Source: an uncultured Bacillales bacterium (lineage in GTDB: Bacteria; Bacillota_I; Bacilli_A; RF39; UBA660). Taken from it: a stretch of 64,000 nucleotides of DNA. Shown in pieces: positions 49,011 to 58,261 of this stretch. Position numbers and translations under genes: made by a program. The stretch lies in contig CAMOID010000002.1 of assembly GCA_946615975.1 (NCBI GenBank), positions 7,808 through 71,807 of the forward strand. The letters are read 5' to 3'. The first letter of the stretch is position 1. Each line of letters opens with the position of its first letter. Under the pieces are notes generated by a model, which made no database searches, had not been told where the DNA came from, and saw only the letters and a program-made list of their open reading frames with translations.

Positions 49011-49961
49011 ATGAATAATAAACAACAAACTATAGTATTTAAAATATCTGATAATATGAAACAAGATATTATAGATTTTTATTCAGATAGATTTTGTGAA
49101 AAAAAACCTCCATATTCAGTATTTCAAGTAAAAGACTATGACTGCACTATTACATTATATGAATCAGGAAAAATAATGTTTCAAGGATTAGGTGCAGATA
49201 TAGAAGCATCTTATTGGACTGAAATGGAAAGAGTTAATAATAAAAGAGATGTACAATCTGAAATAGATAAAGAAAATAAGAAAAAAGAAGATAAAAAAGA
49301 AGAACTTAAAGATGATAGATTTAAAAAATTATCAACTATTGGTTCTGATGAAGTTGGTACAGGTGATTATTTTGGTCCTATAGTTGTAACAGCTTCTTAT
49401 GTAGATATATCTAAAAAATCTTGGTTAAGTAATTTAGGTGTTAAAGACTCAAAGATGGTTACTGATGAAAAAATCTTAAGTATAGCTCCTAAGTTAATTA
49501 AAGATATACCTCATGTAACATTTATATTAAGTCCAAGTGCTTATAATAAAGCTAAAATATTTAATATGAATAAAGTTAAAGCAATATTACATAATAAAGT
49601 GTTATATCAATTAAAACAACAAACTCCTAAATATGATGCTATTGTAGTTGATCAATTTGTATATCCAACTAAATATTATGATCATATTAAAGAAGTACCT
49701 GGTAAAGTAACTAATATTACATTTACTACTCATGCTGAAAATAAGTGTTTATCAGTTGCAGTATCATCTATTATTTCAAGATATATATTCTTAAAAGAAA
49801 TGGATAAGTTATCTGATGAACTTCACTTACCTCTTCCTAAAGGAGCTGGAACTGAAGTTGATTCAATTGGTAAAGAATTAGTTAATAAATATGGTTTTAA
49901 TAAATTATATGATGTAGCTAAAATTAATTTTAAAAATACAGATAAAATAAAAGACCTTTAA
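49011..49961 (+). CDS. rnhC: Ribonuclease HIII
   Basis: N-terminal TBP-like domain (TITLYESGKIMFQG), and catalytic GSDEVGTGDYFGP, DSK and VDQF. I prefer the ATG at 49011 (AAGAGGTG RBS); the ORF-track start at 49002 is a GTG. Confidence 0.88.
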   Translation: MNNKQQTIVFKISDNMKQDIIDFYSDRFCEKKPPYSVFQVKDYDCTITLYESGKIMFQGLGADIEASYWTEMERVNNKRDVQSEIDKENKKKEDKKEELKDDRFKKLSTIGSDEVGTGDYFGPIVVTASYVDISKKSWLSNLGVKDSKMVTDEKILSIAPKLIKDIPHVTFILSPSAYNKAKIFNMNKVKAILHNKVLYQLKQQTPKYDAIVVDQFVYPTKYYDHIKEVPGKVTNITFTTHAENKCLSVAVSSIISRYIFLKEMDKLSDELHLPLPKGAGTEVDSIGKELVNKYGFNKLYDVAKINFKNTDKIKDL

Positions 49962-49975
49962 TAAGGTCTTTTTAT
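49948..49975. terminator. Bidirectional terminator between rnhC and holA
   Basis: Stem aaagacctt/aaggtcttt (49950-49958 / 49963-49971). The rnhC stop codon spans the stem-loop junction (49959-49961). Confidence 0.7.
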
Positions 49976-50928
49976 AATTCTATTAAAAATTCTTTAAACA
50001 TATATGCAATATCATATCCTGATTTAGATTTAATATCTATATCAGTTAATTTAAGTAAAATATTTTCTATATCTTCTTTAGTATATATTCTACCCTTTTT
50101 TTGTAACATAAATATTCTTTTATCTGAATAACCAGTTACTTTAATCATATTTTCTTTTGATTCTTTATTTTCTTCCATACATTTAATTATATATATAGGT
50201 AAATATTGATTAAATATACCTGATATTAATGTTACATATTCTTCTCCTCTAGCTAATAATTCATCTAGAAGTTCAAATATAACTTTAAAATTCTTTGATG
50301 TTACTGCATCATAGAATTTCCATATAATATCATCATAGTTATTATCTTGATTATATGGTTCTATCATATAATTAGATCCATATTCATTTACTATATTTAA
50401 TGTTATATGTTTTTCAACTAAAGATAATTTTTTTATTTCTTCAATAATAATATCTAAATATCCTTTAGTTCTATTATATATTTCTTGATAAGCATTATTA
50501 TCAAGAATAAGTTTATTATCTATTACATATTGATCTACATTATTTTTAATAGTTTCAGGAGATAAATTACTAAAATCTAATAATTCAGTTCCTAATTCTA
50601 ATACTTTCTTTGTAAAATCTTTTCTACTATCTAAAGATGATACTACAAAGATAACAGTGCATCTTTCATCTAGTTTTTTTAAGAATTCAATAATCTTTTC
50701 AGATTCTTCTTCATGTTTAAATTTATCACCAAAGTAATTAAATTCAGTTATTACTATTGCTTTTGCAGTATCAAGAAAACCAAAGTAAGAAGCATCAACA
50801 ATGATATCATCTAATTCAGTGTCATTCATAGAAAAATAAGATACATTTTCAATTGATTCAGTTATTTTTTTTATTTCATTTGAAATAATAATATGACTAG
50901 TTGATTTAATAATGTATTTATTTTTCAT
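49972..50928 (-). CDS. holA: DNA polymerase III delta subunit (HolA-like)
   Basis: 318 aa. Clamp-loader delta layout with no Walker A, and the pattern ...KGYLDIIIEEIKKLSL... as in the EleKL motif. The call rests on pattern only. Confidence 0.55.
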   Translation of the reverse strand: MKNKYIIKSTSHIIISNEIKKITESIENVSYFSMNDTELDDIIVDASYFGFLDTAKAIVITEFNYFGDKFKHEEESEKIIEFLKKLDERCTVIFVVSSLDSRKDFTKKVLELGTELLDFSNLSPETIKNNVDQYVIDNKLILDNNAYQEIYNRTKGYLDIIIEEIKKLSLVEKHITLNIVNEYGSNYMIEPYNQDNNYDDIIWKFYDAVTSKNFKVIFELLDELLARGEEYVTLISGIFNQYLPIYIIKCMEENKESKENMIKVTGYSDKRIFMLQKKGRIYTKEDIENILLKLTDIDIKSKSGYDIAYMFKEFLIEL

Positions 50929-50935
50929 GTTGCAC

Positions 50936-51427
50936 CTACTTTCTAGTTATCTTACAATTATATTCATTTTTTAATGTATCTACTATATCATTTGGAGTAG
51001 ATTCCATTGATATACCCATCTCATTAAAATAATCATCTATAAAATTATATGCTATGGTTTTAACATAGAAATTACTCTTAACAAGTAAATCTTCTTCAGT
51101 TATTTCAAATTTAATATCATCTGATGTTGGTAAATTACCACCAAAATTATTTAATTGTTCTATTATTTTTTCTTTAGCTTCTTCAGAAGAACTTTGTATT
51201 TCTTTATTTTCATAGTAACCATATAAAACATTATACATGTATCTAAATTTAATTGTTTCTTTATATCCTGGAAGAGTTCCAGTATAATCACATACAACCC
51301 ATTCTTCTATTTTATGATTTGAATTATATATAATACTTCCAAGTATAAGTATTACTGTTGCTATTACTAATATAATACTTATAGTTAAAGGATTAGTTTT
51401 ACTATTTTCTTTCTTCATTTTAATCAT
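50936..51427 (-). CDS. Hypothetical membrane-anchored protein (163 aa)
   Basis: N-terminal TM LTISIILVIATVILILGSII. No motif recognised. Confidence 0.45.
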   Translation of the reverse strand: MIKMKKENSKTNPLTISIILVIATVILILGSIIYNSNHKIEEWVVCDYTGTLPGYKETIKFRYMYNVLYGYYENKEIQSSSEEAKEKIIEQLNNFGGNLPTSDDIKFEITEEDLLVKSNFYVKTIAYNFIDDYFNEMGISMESTPNDIVDTLKNEYNCKITRK

Positions 51428-51475
51428 CCCTTAAGTAAAATTATAGCATATTATTAAAGAAAATAAGATAAATAC

Positions 51476-51504
51476 TTGCATAACATCTTATTTTTTGGTA
51501 ATAT
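51476..51504 (+). promoter_or_regulatory. Promoter for tRNA-His (extended -10)
   Basis: TTGCAT-17 nt-TAATAT, with a TGg immediately upstream of the -10. Confidence 0.55.
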
Positions 51505-51518
51505 TATCTATGTCAAAT

Positions 51519-51595
51519 GGCGGCGTTGGTGAAGTGGTTAACACGCCAGATTGTGGCTCTGGTATGCGTGGGTTCGATTCCCACACGCCGCCCCA
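51519..51595 (+). tRNA. tRNA-His (anticodon GTG) with genome-encoded G-1 and CCA
   Basis: G-GCGGCGT..CCAGA-TTGTGGC-TCTGG..GTGGG-TTCGATT-CCCAC-ACGCCGC-C-CCA. The extra 5' G opposite C73 is the His identity element. The 71-aa ORF at 51495..51710 is spurious. Confidence 0.92.
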
Positions 51596-51605
51596 TTTGA
51601 AAAAG

Positions 51606-51637
51606 AAAACACATCTTATGATGTGTTTTTTATTTTG
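51606..51637 (+). terminator. Terminator after tRNA-His
   Basis: Stem aaaacacatc/gatgtgtttt (51606-51615 / 51620-51629) followed by TTATTTT. Confidence 0.75.
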
Positions 51638-51713
51638 TATTAATTATTATTTGAATATAAATCTTTTAATTTATGCCCTTTTTCATACAATAAAAAAAAG
51701 AGTATATTAAACT

Positions 51714-51914
51714 CTATTTTTCTTTTTTTGTTTTAACAACAATTTCGTCTGATTCAACTTCTTTATTCTTGTTTTCATCAATACCTAATTTGTTGTTTAT
51801 TTTCTTTTTTGCTTTTCTAAAGTAAATACCAAATGCAGCTCCAATTGCAATTGCAATACCTGCAATAGCTTGGATAGCATATGTCATTACTGATGGATCA
51901 ATATAACCTAACAT
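51714..51914 (-). CDS. Small single-TM membrane protein (66 aa), last gene of the ABC/LicC/YidC-TagF operon
   Basis: The TM segment YAIQAIAGIAIAIGAAFGIYF is followed by a Lys-rich tail. The start overlaps the upstream stop (TAATG). Confidence 0.5.
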   Translation of the reverse strand: MLGYIDPSVMTYAIQAIAGIAIAIGAAFGIYFRKAKKKINNKLGIDENKNKEVESDEIVVKTKKEK

Positions 51915-53971
51915 TATTTATTCTCCTTTCCCTTTTTAATATGTTCTTGTAATGATTCAATAATATATTTTGCTTCTACTTCAGCGCTATCACCCAAGTT
52001 ATAAACATATTCATCAACAATTGATTCGATTTTCTTTTCATATTTTTTCTTTGATTTAAGCATGTTTTCTACAACTTTATCAATTTTTTTAACTTGATCA
52101 ACTTTTACTAATTCACCTATTTCATCTCTAATCCAAATATTAAATGGTTTTATTTTCATTTTTTCGTATTCTGGATTCATAATCTTCATTGGTGTATCAA
52201 TAAAAATTACTGGTTTCTTTGTAGTAAATGCAAATTCTGTAGAAATATCAGACCAATCTGTTATTAATATATCAGATTCGAATACTGTATTGTTTTTACT
52301 AAAGTCAGTTTGTATCTCAATTGTTTTATCATTTTTATAATGTTCTTTTAATTGTTCAAATCTTTCTTTAGCATGCCTTACTTGTTGTGGATGTGGTCTT
52401 ACAACAACTTTATAGTCATGTCCTTTTAAAGTTTCTAATACTTCATCTAAACATAAATCTATAATATTATCTTTTTGCCAAGACGGAGCAATTAATATTG
52501 TTTTTTGTTTATTAGTCTTTTTACTTCCTTTATAATCTTTTACCATGTTATCTAATAATGGATAACCTGCTTTAATAAGTTTTCTATTGCGATTATAAAT
52601 TTTATTGAATTCTTTTTCTTCATCATATTGATGTTTACCTGTACAGAAGATAGTGTCATAGTGTTTTGTAGCTTCATATCTTAAAGTTAAATTTGTACTA
52701 CCTTGACCATGTGGTAAATATATATATTCGATATCTTTCTTTAAATAACTTCTCTTAATATGATATGTTTCAAGGTCAGGCATAGTCATTACTACTATAT
52801 CTGCTTCCATTTTCATCATTAAAGTTATTAATTTTCTTTCAGCAATATAATATGCTTTAATTTGATTATTATTCTTTTCTAATTCAAATATATTATCATT
52901 ATAATCTGAAGTAATATAATGAATAGTTATATTAGTATTTTCTAATAAATATTCAATTACGTCTTTATAATATTTATAGAAACCATTACTTTCTGAATAG
53001 AATACTAAATGTTTATTAACAATTGAGAAGAATTTCTTGTAATCTTCTTTTTCTTTCTTCTTTTGCTCTGGAGTCATCTTAACTTTATTAGCTTTCTCCA
53101 TTTCTTTTAATTCTTTAGTACTCTTTTCGAGTTCTTCGTAATCAACATATTTTTTTGGATTGATTGCCATATTTAGTAATACTTGTTGAATAATTGCAAA
53201 TAAATTACTAAATACCCAATATAATGCAACACCAGCTGCTACAAAACATCCTAAATATAATGATAAACCTACTGAGAATGCCATCATTCCATATTTATTA
53301 GCTTTTGATTGTTCAGCTTGTAATACATTGATTGCATTTTGTGCAACACATAATAACCATGCACTTATACCAGCAATAATTGGTATTAACCATGCAATAC
53401 CTTTAACACTTACTGCTACCCATGTCAAATCAAATCCTAAAAATTTCATATTGATATTTTTAATATTGTTTCTAGTTTCTTCATTTATAACATTGCTATA
53501 TTCTTCAATGTTTTTATTTTCTTTAATATCATTAAATACTACTAATTCTATAGATGATGATTCTGGATCAACATCTGAATGTTTAGAAAGAGCTATTTCA
53601 ACTAATTTAGCTGATGTTTCTTCAGGTACTTGTGAAATATATGTAATCGGATGATTAATTACTTCAACTAATCCTAATAATAATAGTATTTGAATTACTA
53701 ATGGTATCAATGAAGCAAACGCATTATATTTTTCTTTTTTATATAAGTCAGCTTGTTCATCTGCTATCTTATCTTTATCACCAAAATACTTTATTTTAAT
53801 CTTATTAATATCAGGTTGCATTTTTACCATTTTAATTGAATTCTTTTGAACCCAAATAGAAATTGGTAACAATACAATCTTACTAAATAATGTAAATAGT
53901 ATTATGGCTATTCCATAATTTGTGAAAATGTTATAACAAAATAACATTATATCTCCTAATATTTTTGTCAT
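51914..53971 (-). CDS. Fusion protein: YidC/Oxa1-type membrane insertase domain (aa 1-~270) plus TagB/TagF-family CDP-alcohol phosphotransferase domain (aa ~313-685)
   Basis: YidC part: NYGIAIILFTLFSKIVLLPISIWVQKNSIKMVKMQPDINKIK...LYKKEKYN and AAGVALYWVFSNLFAIIQQ. TagF part: YLPHGQGS, ILIAPSWQ, VRPHPQ, ILITDWSDISTEFAFTTKKPVIFID. AAGGTGA RBS. Confidence 0.7.
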   Translation of the reverse strand: MTKILGDIMLFCYNIFTNYGIAIILFTLFSKIVLLPISIWVQKNSIKMVKMQPDINKIKIKYFGDKDKIADEQADLYKKEKYNAFASLIPLVIQILLLLGLVEVINHPITYISQVPEETSAKLVEIALSKHSDVDPESSSIELVVFNDIKENKNIEEYSNVINEETRNNIKNINMKFLGFDLTWVAVSVKGIAWLIPIIAGISAWLLCVAQNAINVLQAEQSKANKYGMMAFSVGLSLYLGCFVAAGVALYWVFSNLFAIIQQVLLNMAINPKKYVDYEELEKSTKELKEMEKANKVKMTPEQKKKEKEDYKKFFSIVNKHLVFYSESNGFYKYYKDVIEYLLENTNITIHYITSDYNDNIFELEKNNNQIKAYYIAERKLITLMMKMEADIVVMTMPDLETYHIKRSYLKKDIEYIYLPHGQGSTNLTLRYEATKHYDTIFCTGKHQYDEEKEFNKIYNRNRKLIKAGYPLLDNMVKDYKGSKKTNKQKTILIAPSWQKDNIIDLCLDEVLETLKGHDYKVVVRPHPQQVRHAKERFEQLKEHYKNDKTIEIQTDFSKNNTVFESDILITDWSDISTEFAFTTKKPVIFIDTPMKIMNPEYEKMKIKPFNIWIRDEIGELVKVDQVKKIDKVVENMLKSKKKYEKKIESIVDEYVYNLGDSAEVEAKYIIESLQEHIKKGKENK

Positions 53972-53987
53972 CTTATCACCTTATTCT

Positions 53988-54878
53988 CTATACATCGTAT
54001 GTTTTGTCAATTTGTTTTAATTCATTAAAAGTATCAATTTCTATAATATCTCCTTCATTACATTCTCTTACATGTATCTTATAATTTTTCTTACATACAT
54101 CTAAAATAACTTGTTCCCAATACTTTTCTTTACCACCTGGAGAATCATATACTTCTTTAATATCTTTTTCTATTTGTACAGCATCTTTTGCATCATAGTA
54201 TGAAATTCCATACATTTGATAGCAATCAATACCACCTTGTTTTTCTTTAGTAATAATTCCATTTTTTTCTTCAAAGCACCAGTCATCAGTTCTATCAACT
54301 TTTTTTCCTAGGAAATTTGACCAATATTCATATTTTCTTATTAAATTCGGATTGTATAAATATAAATCCGATTCTAATACATATGAATTAGCAAATTTAT
54401 CTCTTACTAAATAAGCAGAAGAAATGTTATTTGCTTCATTATAATGATCATTGTTAACTAATTTGATATTTGGATATTGGTGCTTTAATACTTCAAATTG
54501 TTCATGTAAATAACCTGTAACAATTATTATATCTTTTATTTCAGCTGCTTCACATGCATCTAATAATGTTTCAATTATCTTCTTTCCTTTAACTCTAACT
54601 AATGGTTTAGGCGTATTTAAAGTTATAGGAACCATACGTGATCCAAATCCAGCAGCTAGAAAGATTGCTCTTTTAACTTTGTATGGCTCTAATGCTTTAT
54701 ATCCCTCTTTAGTTATTTTATTATTGATATCAATAAATCCTTTTTCAAGTAAAGTAGCTACTATTTTATTAATAGTACCTAAAGACAATTTAGTTCCTTC
54801 AGATAATTTTCTTTGAGTTAAATTGCCTTCTTTGTCTAAATAAGTTAATACTTCAAATTCATTATATGTTAGTTCCAT
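53988..54878 (-). CDS. LicC-family nucleotidyltransferase (phosphocholine / phosphonate cytidylyltransferase-like) with an N-terminal winged-helix domain
   Basis: wHTH part: FEVLTYLDKEGNLTQRKLSEGTKLSLGTINKIVATLLEKGFI. This is followed by AIFLAAGFGSRMVPITLNTPKPLV, IIVTGYLHEQFEVLKHQY, ANSYVLESDLYLY and KYWEQV...IIEIDTFNEL. These run collinear with S. pneumoniae LicC as I remember it. I prefer the ATG at 54878 (GAAGGT RBS). Confidence 0.75.
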   Translation of the reverse strand: MELTYNEFEVLTYLDKEGNLTQRKLSEGTKLSLGTINKIVATLLEKGFIDINNKITKEGYKALEPYKVKRAIFLAAGFGSRMVPITLNTPKPLVRVKGKKIIETLLDACEAAEIKDIIIVTGYLHEQFEVLKHQYPNIKLVNNDHYNEANNISSAYLVRDKFANSYVLESDLYLYNPNLIRKYEYWSNFLGKKVDRTDDWCFEEKNGIITKEKQGGIDCYQMYGISYYDAKDAVQIEKDIKEVYDSPGGKEKYWEQVILDVCKKNYKIHVRECNEGDIIEIDTFNELKQIDKTYDV

Positions 54879-56445
54879 ATTTATACCTTCTTCTATCAAT
54901 TACATTTAATAAGTACATTATAAATTTCATTAAAACATTACATAATAAAATAAATAATGATACAAATGCTGCTTCACCTAACATTAAATTATCTTCATAT
55001 ACATTTATTAATAATGAAACAGGCATAGTATTTGTACTAAATAGGAATGATACAGCAGAAATTGTGATCATTGAATTTATGAAAAAGTAAGAGAACATTT
55101 CTCTTATTGTTTTCTTAGTACATGGTATTATTACGTCTTTAATAATTTTAAATGTACTAATATTAAATGTCTTACCTACTATTTCAAAGTTTTCATTTAC
55201 TTTTTGCAATGCATTATATGCTATTAAATAAGGACTTGCAAAGAAATGAATAATATTAACCAATATTAATATTATAAATGTGTTATATATAAAGGATGTT
55301 TTAAATGCCACTGTAAAAGATAAACCTAATACAATACCTGGCACTGCTAATGTAGATATTGAAAGAATATGAACGATTTTAGTTAACTTACTTTTTCTTC
55401 TAGCTGTTACATAAGCAGTAAAATATGCAATAGTTGTACCAATTATAGATACAAATATTGAAATAAATATTGAATTACCAAAATAAGCAAAGAAATCATC
55501 ACCAATTATATATTCTAAATGGCTTAACGAGAATGTTTTGTTCAATATAGGATTGTCAACAAAAGCATAATAAACAAAAGATCCAATTAATACGAATAGC
55601 ATTAATATAATAATAACCATGAATGTTTTTAATAAAATTCTTACATATTTATTTTCTATTTTCATTTCTGAATCATCAGCACCATCGTTTTTAGCAAAAT
55701 CTTTACTAAAAGTATCAAATAAGAATGATACTAAAGCTGGGATTAGTAAGAATAAACCAATCATAGTTCCTTTAGAGAAATCTAATAATCCAATTACTTC
55801 CTTATACAGAAATACAGGTAATGTTATAAATGTACCTCCTACAGCTAATGGAACGCCATAGTCTGTGAATATCATTGTAAATACTGCAAATATTGATGAA
55901 AAAATAGGTTTCTTCATATAGCAGAACGTTACATTTTTAAATGTTTGAAATTTATTCATCCCTAAAATTTTTGCATTATAATACATTGAATTATCAATAT
56001 AGTTAAATCCATCATCTAACATTAAAAATGCAACAGGGAATGAATAGACTATAGATCCTATAATTATTCCAACAGGTCCTATTACATTAAAATTAAAATG
56101 TGAAGATATAATACCATTATTACCAAATAAGTTAATTAATCCAAGTCCATGTGATATAGAAGGAATTAACATTGGAAGTGTTATTAATACCTTAATTATA
56201 GTTTTATGTTTTATATTAGCTCTATTAATTGTTAATGCTAACAAGTATGCAATAATTATTGAAATAATTGTAGATATCGATGTTACAAATAAAGAATTGC
56301 TAAGTGCATCCTTAAATGCGTTAGATGCTACTAGCGAATTAAAGTTTTCCCAACTTACTTTACTAACCATTACTGCTAATGGATAAAATACTGTTACTGC
56401 AAGAAATGCAAATATAAAATAATTTAAATAACTGCGTTTCTTCAT
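54862..56445 (-). CDS. ABC transporter permease, duplicated/fused two-domain type (~527 aa, about 12 TM)
   Basis: Two tandem permease halves, as in FbpB/AfuB/PhnU2-type importers. I prefer the ATG at 56445, which overlaps the ATPase stop (TAATG). Confidence 0.75.
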   Translation of the reverse strand: MKKRSYLNYFIFAFLAVTVFYPLAVMVSKVSWENFNSLVASNAFKDALSNSLFVTSISTIISIIIAYLLALTINRANIKHKTIIKVLITLPMLIPSISHGLGLINLFGNNGIISSHFNFNVIGPVGIIIGSIVYSFPVAFLMLDDGFNYIDNSMYYNAKILGMNKFQTFKNVTFCYMKKPIFSSIFAVFTMIFTDYGVPLAVGGTFITLPVFLYKEVIGLLDFSKGTMIGLFLLIPALVSFLFDTFSKDFAKNDGADDSEMKIENKYVRILLKTFMVIIILMLFVLIGSFVYYAFVDNPILNKTFSLSHLEYIIGDDFFAYFGNSIFISIFVSIIGTTIAYFTAYVTARRKSKLTKIVHILSISTLAVPGIVLGLSFTVAFKTSFIYNTFIILILVNIIHFFASPYLIAYNALQKVNENFEIVGKTFNISTFKIIKDVIIPCTKKTIREMFSYFFINSMITISAVSFLFSTNTMPVSLLINVYEDNLMLGEAAFVSLFILLCNVLMKFIMYLLNVIDRRRYKYGTNI

Positions 56446-57206
56446 TATAAATCGATTCCAGTACACTTCTCTATAGAAGATACTTTATCTCTTAAATGCT
56501 TAGTAACAAAATTTTTAACATAAGTGTTAGCTGGGTGATTATATATTTTATTAGGTGTATCGATTTGTTCAATCTTACCATCTTTCATAACCATAACTCT
56601 ATCAGACATAGAGAATGCTTCTTCTTGGTCATGGGTAATATATATCATTGTTGTATTAAATTGTTTTTGTAATTCTTTAATTGTTTTTCTTAAACCTAAT
56701 CTATTATCTGCATCTAAAGCAGACATAGGTTCATCAAATAATATAATATCCGGTTTTAATGCTAATGTTCTAACAATAGCAACTCTTTGTTGTTGTCCAC
56801 CACTTAATTGATGTGGATATTTATTAATATGCTCTTCCATATTTACTAGTTTAAGCATTTCTAGACTTCTTTCTCTAGCATTTTTTTTATTTTTTAGTTT
56901 TAATTTAAGAGCATACATAACGTTTTCCAATACAGTCATGTTAGGGAAAAGAGCATAGTTTTGAAAAACCATACCCATTCCTCTTTTAGCTGGATCTACA
57001 TTTGTTATATTTCTAGTGCCTTTATGTATAGATCCTTTATCACATTTCTCAATACCAATAAGTATCTTTAATAATGTGGTTTTACCACATCCTGAAGGTC
57101 CTAAAATCGACAAAAATTCACCGTCTTTGACAGTGAAATTTAAGTCATCTAAAACAATTTTTTTATTGTATATTTTAGTTAAGCCCTTAACTTCAATATT
57201 AGCCAT
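56445..57206 (-). CDS. ABC transporter ATP-binding protein
   Basis: Walker A GPSGCGKTT, signature LSGGQQQRVAI, Walker B ILFDEP, H-loop THD. Confidence 0.9.
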   Translation of the reverse strand: MANIEVKGLTKIYNKKIVLDDLNFTVKDGEFLSILGPSGCGKTTLLKILIGIEKCDKGSIHKGTRNITNVDPAKRGMGMVFQNYALFPNMTVLENVMYALKLKLKNKKNARERSLEMLKLVNMEEHINKYPHQLSGGQQQRVAIVRTLALKPDIILFDEPMSALDADNRLGLRKTIKELQKQFNTTMIYITHDQEEAFSMSDRVMVMKDGKIEQIDTPNKIYNHPANTYVKNFVTKHLRDKVSSIEKCTGIDL

Positions 57207-58179
57207 TTATTTCATTCCATCTTTCAGTTAATTTATTTTTAACTTCAATACTTGAAATGTTTTTCATGTCTGCATCTTTTAAATTTGTTGGATTATTTTT
57301 AATAGCACTCTTTTGATTCTTGTATAAGTTTCCTAATACAAAGTTTTCTTTATCCCATGGGCCAAATTCATTAACGATGTAATCAAATACTTCTTTAACT
57401 CCATCTTTAGTTTCTCTTCCTTTAACAATTCCTAATGAAGTAGTATTGTAAGGAGTTCCTGTAGCTAATTCTATAATTTCTAATTCATATCCTTCATTAA
57501 TAGCTTGAACTGCTTCTGAAACCATACCCATTGCTAATTGAATTTCGCCTTGTTTTAATAAGTTAGTTGGACCTGATCCTGAAGTTGTAAATTCTCTTAC
57601 ATTTTTCTTTAATTCTTTGAAATATTCAATAGCTTTGTCTTCACCCATAATGTTAACAACATTTAAATAGAATGAATATCCACTTCCAGATGTCTTTGGA
57701 TCTGGCATAGCAATTAATCCTTTATATTTCTTATCTAATAAATCGTTATATGTTTTAGGAATATCTAAGTTATGTTCTTCGAAATATTTCTTATTTATAA
57801 TGATTCCAATTGGATATTTAGTCCACATTAAATAATTATTATCATTCTTGATACTATCTAAATATACATCATATTTTGTTCCAGATAAGTCAGCAAAATT
57901 ATCTTTTAAAGAATCCATATGAGATGTTTCTAGATCAATAACAATATCAGCTTCAATATTTTCTCCTTCATTTTTTACTTTTGCAGCAGTATTACCAGTA
58001 GACATATGTTGAAGAACTACCTTTTTATTAGGGAATTTTTCTTTAAGTCTTTCTTGTAAAACTTCTTCTCTTTCTTTTTCCATACATGAGTAGATGATAA
58101 CACTGTCTTTTTTAGCGCCACATCCTGCTAGTGCAATTACACCAACGAATACTAATAATAAACAAATGAACTTTTTCAT
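57199..58179 (-). CDS. ABC transporter substrate-binding lipoprotein (Fbp/Afu/PhnS-like class)
   Basis: I prefer the ATG at 58179 (AGGAAGGA RBS), giving MKKFICLLLVFVGVIALAGC (lipobox LAGC). The mature part is ~300 aa with PDPKTSGSGYSF and TSGSGPTN segments. Confidence 0.7.
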   Translation of the reverse strand: MKKFICLLLVFVGVIALAGCGAKKDSVIIYSCMEKEREEVLQERLKEKFPNKKVVLQHMSTGNTAAKVKNEGENIEADIVIDLETSHMDSLKDNFADLSGTKYDVYLDSIKNDNNYLMWTKYPIGIIINKKYFEEHNLDIPKTYNDLLDKKYKGLIAMPDPKTSGSGYSFYLNVVNIMGEDKAIEYFKELKKNVREFTTSGSGPTNLLKQGEIQLAMGMVSEAVQAINEGYELEIIELATGTPYNTTSLGIVKGRETKDGVKEVFDYIVNEFGPWDKENFVLGNLYKNQKSAIKNNPTNLKDADMKNISSIEVKNKLTERWNEING

Positions 58180-58213
58180 ATAAATCATCCTTCCTGTCTT
58201 GTTCATTATTAAT

Positions 58214-58242
58214 ATTATACCCCCCCGATATGAACATATCAA
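58214..58242 (-). promoter_or_regulatory. Promoter of the ABC/LicC/YidC-TagF operon with a G7 homopolymer in the spacer
   Basis: Minus strand TTGATA (58237-58242)-17 nt-TATAAT (58214-58219). The spacer ends in GGGGGGG (plus-strand C7 at 58220-58226), directly abutting the -10. Confidence 0.55.
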
Positions 58243-58261
58243 TACTAAATAGTATGCAAAC

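Noticed and set aside
51495-51710. The 71-aa plus-strand ORF.
   Set aside because: It is made up of the tRNA-His gene plus its terminator read as protein.
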